Assembly: GCA_964473485.1 (NCBI GenBank)
Contig: CAYYPH010000001.1
Coordinates: 65,722 to 129,721 of the forward strand
DNA: 64,000 nucleotides
Direction of reading: 5' to 3'
Source: an uncultured Prolixibacteraceae bacterium
GTDB lineage: Bacteria; Bacteroidota; Bacteroidia; Bacteroidales; FEN-979
The position numbers and the translations under genes were made by a program. Under the pieces are notes generated by a model. The model ran no database searches. It worked only from the letters and a program-made list of their open reading frames with translations, and was not told the origin of the DNA. Of this stretch, positions 19,694 to 28,000 are shown piece after piece. Position 1 is the first letter of the stretch. Each line of letters opens with the position of its first letter.

Positions 19694-20116
19694 TCGCTGC
19701 CTGCCTCTGTCCGTCACTACCATTCGCGGCTTGCACAAGCTTGGGCTGCCGACAGGCTTGGCTTTTCACATCTACTTTCCCTGCAGCCCAACCTTCGCCG
19801 CTCATTACCCTGGACCAGATACTACCGGCAGCATGGCAAATCCATCCTCCACCACCCTTACCCCGCCGCTGAAGAGCGCAGCCGGGTAAGCCCGGAATGT
19901 TTATTCTTCCATCCCACCATCCCACCATTCCACCATCCCACCATTCCACCATTCCACCATCCCACAATTCCACCATTCCACCATTCCACCATCCCACCAT
20001 CCCACAATTCCACCATTCCACCATCCCACCATCCCACCATTCAGCCATTCCACTACGCATACGTCTCCTGCAACCCTATTTCGGCCTCCTCCGTCGGCCT
20101 CACAAAGTTGCAGATG
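19694..20116. repeat. copy A of a large tandem duplication (423 bp) containing an 8-nt microsatellite
   Basis: Aligns by eye with 20152-20486. Shared blocks: tcgctgcctgcc, cattcgcggc, aagcttgggctgcc, ccctgcagcccaaccttcgccgctcatt, ccgccgctgaagagcgcagccgggtaag, gcatacgtctcctgcaaccctatttcggcctcctccgtcggcctcaca. Confidence 0.85.
19909..20053. repeat. 8-nt microsatellite (ACCAT[T/C]CC)n, about 18 units
   Basis: Direct reading: ccatcccaccatcccaccattccaccatcccaccattccacc... The period is not a multiple of 3. Confidence 0.9.
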
Positions 20117-20151
20117 TCTATAACTTGTTATTTCTCGGTCACACAATCCTG

Positions 20152-20486
20152 TCGCTGCCTGCCGATTCCGGAATCTCCCATTCGCGGCACCCAAAGCTTG
20201 GGCTGCCGCTGGTCACATTGGCTTATCAGGTTTTTCCCTGCAGCCCAACCTTCGCCGCTCATTGCCCTCGACCAGAATCCACCGGCAGCATTGTAAATCA
20301 AACCTCCACCACCCTTTCCCCGCCGCTGAAGAGCGCAGCCGGGTAAGTCCGGAATGTTTATTCTTCGATCCCACCACCCCACCATCCCACCATCCCACCA
20401 TTCTGCCATTCTACCATTCCACCCCGCATACGTCTCCTGCAACCCTATTTCGGCCTCCTCCGTCGGCCTCACAACGTTACAGATGC
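20152..20486. repeat. copy B of the large tandem duplication (335 bp)
   Basis: Same blocks as copy A. The 88-bp length difference is explained by the shorter internal microsatellite. Confidence 0.85.
20369..20424. repeat. 8-nt microsatellite (ACCA[T/C]CCC-type), about 7 units
   Basis: tcccaccaccccaccatcccaccatcccaccattctgccattctaccattccac. Confidence 0.85.
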
Positions 20487-21007
20487 CATTTAATATTGGT
20501 TTTCCAAAACCCGGTACGACGAGTCAGGCAACGCATTTTTACCTCGATCTGTAACCCATAACATCAGCTTGTTATTCCAGATCTCGCTCCGGCCCCCGCC
20601 GGGCGCCTCATTAACACCACGTTTTCATCCTTACAGTCTGTGGTGTCAAACCATGCCATCACCTCATCAGCAAACCACGGCGCCCGGCAGGAGCCTCCGC
20701 TCCTCTTCCATAAAAGCTGCTGTCATGAGTTACCCCAATCCTTCCCCAATCAGCCGGCACCGGTAAATGCCATGCCCTGAGATGTACGAGCAGGTCCACA
20801 ATCCCTCATCGCCATTAACCCGCCACTGAAGAGCGTGGCCGCTTAATGTCAGCCATGGTTTCAGGTAACCCAGCCTCCTCCGGCCACCTCACTCGCCCTC
20901 GTCCCTCGGGCTTCATGAAGTGGCCGAAATATATTTCTTAATATACATTTGACCATTTTAAAACTGATCTTAATCCACAGGTTGCCATTTTTTTGTAACT
21001 TAGCATC

Positions 21008-21529
21008 ATGAAGCAGCTACAAGAATCAGGACTTGATTTTGAGATTGATAAACTGACCAACTCAATCGAAAATGTCATAACCGGAGATAATTTTGCAACT
21101 GATATCTCATTGTTGATACCAAAGGATTTAACTACTGTAAGCAAAAGTAAAGGATGGTTATTTAATTGGCGAAATGAATATAAAGAACCTGCCAGAGATA
21201 TATACAAACTGACCATTGTCAATAATCCTGGTATTATTCAGTGTCTTATCAGCCTGGAAGTAAAGTCAGATCATGTATATATGCATTTAGTGGAAAGTGC
21301 TCCTTTCAACAAAGGAAAAACTAAAATGTATTCCGGAGTGCTCGGTAACCTGGTTGCTTTCTCGTGTAAACTTTCTTTTCAACGTGGTCACGCCGGTTAC
21401 GTATCATTCCTTTCAAAAACCCAACTCATTGAACATTACGAGAAAACTTTAGGCGCCACTCATTTCGGAGGCCGGGTAATGATAATTGAGACAAAAGCCG
21501 CATTAAAGCTTATTAACAAGTATTTCTAA
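21008..21529 (+). CDS. GNAT-like (acetyltransferase-fold) hypothetical protein
   Basis: 173 aa. The C-terminal half (VYMHLVESAPFNKGKTKMYSGVLGNLVAFSCKLSFQRGHAGYVSFLSKTQLIEHYEKTLGA) resembles a Bacteroidota GNAT-like family I recall from mobile contexts. The local sequence is AT-rich. Confidence 0.5.
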   Translation: MKQLQESGLDFEIDKLTNSIENVITGDNFATDISLLIPKDLTTVSKSKGWLFNWRNEYKEPARDIYKLTIVNNPGIIQCLISLEVKSDHVYMHLVESAPFNKGKTKMYSGVLGNLVAFSCKLSFQRGHAGYVSFLSKTQLIEHYEKTLGATHFGGRVMIIETKAALKLINKYF

Positions 21530-21541
21530 AGAGAAAAAGAA

Positions 21542-21706
21542 ATGAATAAAGATGAATTGGAGGATGATGTTTTAGGAGGACAAGGCCCCTTAACAATAGA
21601 AGAAGAAAAAGCACTTAGTGAATTTCTTAAGAAACGGAAAATGATAAGGAAGCCTTCTCGACTCACGAACCCAGTTGGAAAGAAACGGTCAAGATCAAAT
21701 GTCTGA
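21542..21706 (+). CDS. small hypothetical protein (54 aa, acidic N-terminus, basic C-terminus)
   Basis: Not in the ORF track (under 60 aa). Translation: MNKDELEDDVLGGQGPLTIEEEKALSEFLKKRKMIRKPSRLTNPVGKKRSRSNV. Its stop overlaps the ATG at 21699. Confidence 0.35.
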   Translation: MNKDELEDDVLGGQGPLTIEEEKALSEFLKKRKMIRKPSRLTNPVGKKRSRSNV

Positions 21707-22010
21707 ATTCGTTATTAATAAAGAACATTCAAATCTGAAATCCTGGACACAGATAAAAGACGATGTCTATGGTAAAAAGGGAACTCCCCGAAGGGATGAA
21801 CTCGATCGTGAGATAGAAGCATTTAAAATAGGATTATTAATCCGCCAGGCCAGAGAATCCCGAAAAATGACCCAGTAAGAACTTGGAAAAGTAATTTCCA
21901 AAAAAAGAAGCTATATAAGGCAATCGGAAAATCCAAATCTTATTCAAAGATACCTTCGTAAAATGATGCATCGCAAGGCCGGGGCCCTCCGGGTGCCGTC
22001 ATTTTTTTGA
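21699..22010 (+). pseudogene. XRE/HigA-type HTH antitoxin-like gene disrupted by an in-frame TAA
   Basis: MSEFVINKE...KGTPRRDELDREIEAFKIGLLIRQARESRKMTQ then TAA (21876-21878). The HTH continues in the same frame (ELGKVISKKRSYIRQSEN..) and then degenerates. Confidence 0.6.
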
Positions 22011-22066
22011 ATTTCTATTTTTCCGGGGTAAAAAAATGACCGGCAGCCTTGCCATGCACATTTTAC
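21958..22066. repeat. long imperfect inverted repeat (potential ~40-bp stem hairpin)
   Basis: The left arm gtaaaatgatgcatcgcaaggc...gccgtcattttttt (21958-22008) pairs with the right arm aaaaaaatgaccggcagccttgccatgcacattttac (22029-22066). The left arm carries an extra GC-rich insert, ccggggccctccggg. Confidence 0.6.
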
Positions 22067-22275
22067 TCCGGTAAACAGCGCCTAAGATTTTGATTTTTTA
22101 GGATACAATTTTCCTCTTAAAGTCCGGGTACCAGATGCCAATTCAGGTAGGGGAGTCCGGCGATGCAATGCAATTCGATGAATAAGCGTCTGTACGTCAT
22201 GTTGTTATGATGTGTTGGGTGGATTTGGCGGTATCTTTGCCGGACACGTAAATCCAACATATAAACCCATGTGCT

Positions 22276-22419
22276 ATGTCAACCATTCGAAAAGTATCTA
22301 AGTACCGACGTGCCGACAATGGTGAGTACACCACGAAAAAGTACGCCAAGCGGAATCCGGAAACAACCGTGAAGGAGACCGACAAGCGCGCTCCCAGGCA
22401 CAAAAGGAAAAAACGTTGA
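22276..22419 (+). CDS. 47-aa highly basic small protein
   Basis: Not in the ORF track. Translation: MSTIRKVSKYRRADNGEYTTKKYAKRNPETTVKETDKRAPRHKRKKR (18 of 47 residues are K/R). A strong terminator hairpin follows directly. Confidence 0.45.
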   Translation: MSTIRKVSKYRRADNGEYTTKKYAKRNPETTVKETDKRAPRHKRKKR

Positions 22420-22433
22420 TCTGCCATCTGAGA

Positions 22434-22465
22434 AACTCCCCGCCATCAAGCGGGGAGTTTTGTTA
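22434..22465 (+). terminator. rho-independent terminator
   Basis: aactccccgc-catcaa-gcggggagtt followed by ttttgtt. Confidence 0.65.
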
Positions 22466-22737
22466 TGGGCTATCCAGGTCCACAATACCCCGGCTCCTTA
22501 GCAAGAATTTATCCCTGGTCCCCACCTTGGCAAAAAAGGACTCCCCCACCGCATATAATCCTGGCGTATTTCAAAGCAACCCAATGAATAACTATCCATA
22601 ACGTACACATAAACAACGTGTTATGAATGGTTTTTATCAAACCGGTGGTACCTTTGTATCAGCCGGACCGTACTGAAGAAATATCAACTCCGTACTAAGT
22701 CCGCTCATCAAATTATAAACCTTTAAAACCTAATGCT

Positions 22738-23397
22738 ATGGCAATTGTTCAAAATCCGATCACAGGCAGAACCCGAAAAGCGTTCGGCACTGCCGTTTTC
22801 TCCAAGCAGTTTGGGCAGAACACCATGCGCACCAAACCTGCAGGAGTCAAGAACCCCAACACGGTGGGACAGGTTACCCAGCGTACCAAGTTCTCGACCA
22901 TCGTGAACCTGATCCGTCAGGTTTTACCCTTCATCAATGCAGCCTATACAGGCTTGCTGAAGAGTATGTCACCCTTCAACAAGATTGTGAGTCTGAATGT
23001 GAAGAACGCCTTTGCTGGCACCCCGCCGGTCCTGGATCATACCAGGCTGGTGCTGTGTGACCTCGAAGGAAGTTCGGTTTCCAACGTCGCGCTTCTCTCC
23101 CTGCCTTCCAGGACCATCGATTTCACCTGGTCGCCAAACACGACCGATCCCGACGAACTGGCCTCCATGCTTACGTTCATCCTGATCAATTGCACCACCA
23201 ACAAGGTGCTGGTGTTTGCGGATATCGAAATGCGTTCCTCCGGATCAGCTGAGATTAATGTCCCGGAAGACTGGGTTGGAGCCCAGACCGCCCTGCACGT
23301 GGTAACCCTCGACTATGCCCAGGCAGTCAGCGGGGTGCCCCGTACCATCATCAAGTTCAAAGCTGGGTGCGATGCAGCCAGTGTGGTTCAGGCCTGA
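22738..23397 (+). CDS. DUF6266-like protein with a basic N-terminal arm and a beta-rich body
   Basis: 219 aa: MAIVQNPITGRTRKAFGTAVFSKQFGQNTMRTKPAGVKNPNTVGQVTQRTKFS.., matching my memory of the Bacteroidota DUF6266 family. The gene is monocistronic and bracketed by hairpin terminators. Confidence 0.55.
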   Translation: MAIVQNPITGRTRKAFGTAVFSKQFGQNTMRTKPAGVKNPNTVGQVTQRTKFSTIVNLIRQVLPFINAAYTGLLKSMSPFNKIVSLNVKNAFAGTPPVLDHTRLVLCDLEGSSVSNVALLSLPSRTIDFTWSPNTTDPDELASMLTFILINCTTNKVLVFADIEMRSSGSAEINVPEDWVGAQTALHVVTLDYAQAVSGVPRTIIKFKAGCDAASVVQA

Positions 23398-23400
23398 GAA

Positions 23401-23434
23401 AGAAAGGCCGGGGTAACATCCGGCCTTTCTTTTC
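23401..23434 (+). terminator. rho-independent terminator
   Basis: agaaaggccgg-ggtaacat-ccggcctttct followed by tttt, starting 4 nt after the stop codon. Confidence 0.7.
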
Positions 23435-23452
23435 ACCCAATCAATACAAACA

Positions 23453-23725
23453 ATGACAGTAAAATCAACCATATTAGGATTACCGGTTCCCCAGGCCATC
23501 AGCCTGTTCACTTTCCTGCTGGCCCTCATCTCCATTTGGGTACATATGGAGATCAGGTTGGCTGAACTGAATGTTGAGCTCACCAATCTGAAACAGGACT
23601 TGATGTTCCATAAATCAGACAATGCAAAAAATTTCGATATGATCCGCACCGACATCAAGTCCGACACCAAGGAAATTCTCAAACGCATCGACGAAATTCA
23701 GATTTACCTCCGAAACAACAAGTGA
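23453..23725 (+). CDS. single-TM protein with a coiled-coil tail (lysis-cassette accessory or holin-like)
   Basis: 90 aa with an N-terminal TM (AISLFTFLLALISIWVHM) and then a heptad-like segment, RLAELNVELTNLKQDLMF. Confidence 0.45.
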   Translation: MTVKSTILGLPVPQAISLFTFLLALISIWVHMEIRLAELNVELTNLKQDLMFHKSDNAKNFDMIRTDIKSDTKEILKRIDEIQIYLRNNK

Positions 23726-23728
23726 ATT

Positions 23729-23920
23729 ATGAAAGAACGAATCTTCAACAACTGGAAAACCTCCGCGCTTGGCATCATCCTGCTGATCGCGGCCCTGGTA
23801 TTGCTTTTCATGAAAATCATCACCCTGGGCGAGTTCTCGGGCTTTTTTCCTACCATCCTCGGTCTCATCTATGTCCGCGACACCATCTTCAGGATCAAAC
23901 CATTTTCTGATAAAGCGTAG
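23729..23920 (+). CDS. two-TM small membrane protein, holin-like
   Basis: 63 aa with TM1 SALGIILLIAALVLLFMKII and TM2 FSGFFPTILGLIYV. It lies immediately upstream of a lysozyme gene. Confidence 0.5.
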   Translation: MKERIFNNWKTSALGIILLIAALVLLFMKIITLGEFSGFFPTILGLIYVRDTIFRIKPFSDKA

Positions 23921-23954
23921 TAACAATTTGTCTTCATCCACAAATCAAACCATA

Positions 23955-24467
23955 ATGGCAAACGTCAATCACCTCGCATTAAAGCTCTTCCCGATGGAAG
24001 GGCTTTTTAATTCCGATCCCCTCGATCACGGAGGCCCTACCAACCGGGGCATCACCCTCTCAACCTGGCGCAGGGTAGGGTGGGATAAAGACGGCGATGC
24101 CGACATCGATGTCGAAGATATCCGGATGCTAACCGCCGATGATGCCCTGCAGGTCCTGAAAAAACATTATTGGGATCGCTGGCGGGCCGATGAGATCAGA
24201 AATCAGAAGGTAGCCGACATTCTGGTCGACTGGCTCTGGTGCAGCGGTCATTGGGAGATTATCATCCCGCAGCGGATCCTTCGAGTGAAACCCGATGGAC
24301 TCGCCGGACCGGTCACCCTTCACGCCCTCAACAATGAGAATCCCTTCCGGCTGTTGATCAGGATCTATAACTCCCGCGTAGCATTTATTCATGACATCAT
24401 CAAAAAAGATCCCACCCAATGTCGCTTCGAGCGCGGATGGTATAACCGGTTAAATGCTTATTTGTAG
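23955..24467 (+). CDS. glycoside hydrolase family 108-type lysozyme (endolysin-like) with a peptidoglycan-binding C-terminal part
   Basis: The ATG at 23955 gives MANVNHLALKLFPMEGLFNSDPLDHGGPTNRGITLSTW. This matches the GH108 EGG-x-DP-x-D-x-GG-x-T-x-GIT catalytic motif. Confidence 0.75.
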   Translation: MANVNHLALKLFPMEGLFNSDPLDHGGPTNRGITLSTWRRVGWDKDGDADIDVEDIRMLTADDALQVLKKHYWDRWRADEIRNQKVADILVDWLWCSGHWEIIIPQRILRVKPDGLAGPVTLHALNNENPFRLLIRIYNSRVAFIHDIIKKDPTQCRFERGWYNRLNAYL

Positions 24468-24471
24468 ACCT

Positions 24472-24909
24472 ATGAAAACCGCCTTCAGATTATTCCTCAT
24501 GCTCCTGGCTGTAGTCCAAATTGGCTGCTCTCCCTCCGCCAGGTTAAACCGGTTACTCAGCCGGCATCCCGAACTGAAGTTCCCCGATACACTTTTCATT
24601 TCAGATACCATAATATTTCCCCATGTTGTGTTGGATACCCTGATCAAGCTTCACCCCGTTCAGGATACGATTGTCATGCAAAACGACCGTCTGGAAGTCA
24701 GAATTGAAAGGATTCACGATACACTCTATCTTAGGGGAAAGTGTAAAGCCGATACAGTGGTACTTCATCGGGTCATACCGGTCGAGAAAATTAAAGTCAT
24801 TAAACCGGATACCCTTGATCTTTTAATCCCCAGGATCCCCTGGCTAATTTCCGGCCTGATCTGCCTGCTTGCCTTTTTACTTGTTTTCGTCCTTAAAGTC
24901 TTCAGATAA
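24472..24909 (+). CDS. lipoprotein with a C-terminal TM anchor (unimolecular-spanin-like architecture)
   Basis: The ATG lies 4 nt after the lysozyme stop. Lipoprotein signal MKTAFRLFLMLLAVVQIGCS. C-terminal TM IPWLISGLICLLAFLLVFVLKVF. 145 aa. Confidence 0.45.
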   Translation: MKTAFRLFLMLLAVVQIGCSPSARLNRLLSRHPELKFPDTLFISDTIIFPHVVLDTLIKLHPVQDTIVMQNDRLEVRIERIHDTLYLRGKCKADTVVLHRVIPVEKIKVIKPDTLDLLIPRIPWLISGLICLLAFLLVFVLKVFR

Positions 24910-25010
24910 ACATACATGTTCAAAAAATTACCGCTGAAACCTTGCAACCGCTTTATTATTTTGTTATATTTGCTTGTGCAAAAAAGTTCTTTGTAAAGTA
25001 ATTGAGTGAA

Positions 25011-25040
25011 GGAAAACCGCTGTTAAGCGGTTTTCCCGTT
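25011..25040. terminator. hairpin terminator between convergent genes
   Basis: ggaaaaccgct-gtta-agcggttttcc followed by a short T-rich run (cgtt). Confidence 0.55.
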
Positions 25041-25078
25041 ACCCATTACCAGCCTGCCTCTAAGGAGGTAGAATAAAT

Positions 25079-28000
25079 TTATCTGTTTACCACGATTTTC
25101 TTCATGAACTTCAGGTCTTCGCTGGTAAACACGATGGTGTAAACCCCCGGGGCGACCGGGCGAAGGTCGATCTGTTTCTCCAGTCTGCCATTGACTTCGA
25201 TATCAGCCTGGTCAAGAATCTTAAGTCCAAGCTGATTGTAAACGCCAATACCGATCTTCGTCTGGCTGGCGGTTGTCAATGATACAGTAAACCTTCCATC
25301 GTTCGGAACGGGAAAGACCTGGCAATCGACACCCGGAAGTTCGGCCGACCCGGTCATGATCACCTGCACCTTTTCTGAAGGCAGGGAGGAACATCCGGAC
25401 TCGGTGACTATGATCCAGTAATAACCACTCTGGGTAGCGAGGTAATAAGGCCAGATTGCCCCTGATATGGGAGCTCCCGTACCGTCGGGCGTAACACTGA
25501 AGTACCACTGGTTACCGCTGAACGCCGAACTTGTCATGACCGGCCCGTTGGCAATGATCGATGGCTTTGGTGGCACGGGGCTCACTGTAACAGGGAAATC
25601 GGGAGAGACGGCTCCGTTTCCGCAGGCGTTGGTGCCTTTCACGGTGATGTTGCCGGAAACCGCACTGGCGCTAAAACTCACCGTGATGGCGTTGGTGTTC
25701 TGCCCGTATGTTATGGTGGCCCCGGCTGGCACACTCCAGGTGTACCCAGTGGCATTGGCGATAGTGGCCGTCGTGAAGACATTGCCGGTGGAGCCGAGAC
25801 AGGCTAACGGATTACCGCTGATTGTCCCCGCTGCCGCCGGCAAGGGATTCACTGTGACGGCAAATCCGGCCGAGGGGGCGCCGTTACCACAGAGATTGTT
25901 CCCGGCTACCGTGATGCTGCCGGAAGCGGCATCTGTTGCGAAATTAACAGTGATGTTGGCGGTACCATCACCGGTCGCAATGGAGGCCCCTGAAGGCAGG
26001 TTCCAGATATACGAGGTGGCATTGGCGATGGGCGTTGTCGAATAGGCAACTCCCTGTGCTCCGGCGCAAACCGTAGCGCTTCCTGTGACTGCTCCAGCAT
26101 TTCCGGGAAGCGGATTGATGGTAACGTTCAGTTGCGTGGGTGTTCCTGCCTGGCAACCGTTGGGTCCGGTGTAATTAACTGTTACAAACTGGCTCCCCGC
26201 CTGGCTCCAGGATACCAGGATCTGATTGGTGCCTCCGCCCGAAAATATGGAACCGCCCGGCGAAACGGTCCAGGTGTAACCCGACAGGTTGGGTTCAGTT
26301 GAGTATGCATTGTAACCGGAATTTACACACAGAGTTGTGGCACCGGTGATGGTGGGAACCGGCGAAGTGTTGACAATGACCGGGTATATGGCTGGCGTTG
26401 CCGCTGCACAGCCGTTGGCGTTGGTATAGGTCACGGAAACACTCTGATTGCCGGCCGTATTCCATTTCACGGTGACATTGGCAGTGCCGGCACCCGCCGG
26501 GATGGATCCACCCGCGGAAACCGACCAGGTGTAGCCGGTCATGCCCGTTTGTGTCGTATAAACATTGGTAGCGCTGCCCTGGCATGCCGTGGCCGGACCT
26601 GCAATCACCGGAACCGGCAGCGGGTTTACGGCAACAGCCAGGTTCGAAGCCGGACCATTGCCGCACGGACCTGTCCCGAAAACGCTGACATTGCCTGCTG
26701 TTGTCCCGAATGTAACGGTAATGGTCGTAGTGCCGGCCCCTGCCGTTATCGTGGCTCCTGCCGGTACCGTCCAGGTATAACCAGTGGCGTTGGTGATGGG
26801 AGCGACGGAGTAAATCTTTCCTGTGCTTTGGGCACACACCGAAGCAGGTCCAGTGACAGGACCGGCCGGACCCACAGGCGGGCATCCCGCCAGGAAGAAT
26901 TGATCGGCCCCGTTAATCGTTCCTCCGGCATTCACCCCGACACACCGGAAGTGATAGGTCGTTCCCGTGGTCAACCCGGTAATACCGGCCTGTACGGCAG
27001 TCGGTGTGGTGCCGTTGACGGTTCCGGGCACGGCAGGTACAACATTCCCGTATGCAGTGGTCAATCCCCATTCAAACGACACAGTAGTTATCACGTTGTT
27101 GGCAGTGACCATTCCGTTCAACTGTGCAGTGGTGGCCGTGATATTGCTGGCAGGGTTGGTGACGACGGTGGGCGGTCCGCCCGTGGTGAAGGTCATGTCG
27201 TTTCCGTTGCCGGCTCCTCCGCTGTTGGTGGCCACAACCCGGTAATGATAAAGAGTTCCCGGCAGCAGTCCCGAAACGGCAGCACTGACAGGGGTTACGG
27301 TGGTTCCCGTAACGGTTGGAGGCACTGCTGCAATCGTTGAACCATAGGAGGTGGTCAGTCCGTATTCAAATATCACCGCACTTGAGGCGCCATTGGCATT
27401 GACGGTTCCGTTCAGGGTGGCTCCGTTAAGGCCAATCCCGGTGGCGGCTGTCGTCACCACGGCGGGCGGAGGGAAGGATGTCGTAAAGGTCATGTCGTTG
27501 CCGTTTGAGGTTCCGTTTGCATTGACCCCTTTGATGCGGTAATGGTACGTGGTGTTGGGAAGAAGCCCGGTAAGCGCCCCGGTGACAGGGGTGACCGTAT
27601 TGCCGGTGACGGTGGCAGGAACGCCTGCGATCGTTGATCCGTAAGCCGTGGTCAGGCCGTATTCGAAGGAAACAGCAGTAGAGGAGGTGTTGGCATTAAC
27701 AGTGCCATTGAGGGTAGCGCTGGTGGATGTGATCGCCGTGGCGGCATTGGTGACGACAACCGGCAGGTTGGCAGCTATGTTGATGCCAAAATTGTAATTA
27801 TAGACGCTGGAACCATTGTAGGGAACGAACGGGCAACCCCCGACTGACCAGACCCTGCGCACCCCTGTCTGGTTCGTATAGGCGCAACCTCCTCCGAGGG
27901 TTCCGGTACCGCCGCATTGCCCGATGTCGACGATCAGGCTCTGGGTGGGATCGTATGGAAACGGAGAATCGAGTACGAAGGTGATCCATGAACTGGCAGG

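Noticed and set aside
19665-20346. ORFs encoding WWDGGMVE-type or PTIPPSHH-type repeat peptides (19665..20060 -, 19897..20346 +, 20128..20472 -).
   Set aside because: They are translations of the 8-nt microsatellite and GC-rich repeat blocks. The period is not a multiple of 3, both strands give equally long ORFs, and there is no start context.
18910-25078. Calling the repeat tract plus the phage-like genes a bounded prophage or integrative element.
   Set aside because: I could find no integrase, transposase, tRNA target or matching direct repeats at the borders. It is reported only as an accessory-looking region.
26549-27340. Several 60-260-aa plus-strand ORFs inside 25.2-27.6 kb.
   Set aside because: They are antisense or alternative frames of the repetitive, GC-rich T9SS repeat-protein gene. 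They are low-complexity translations.
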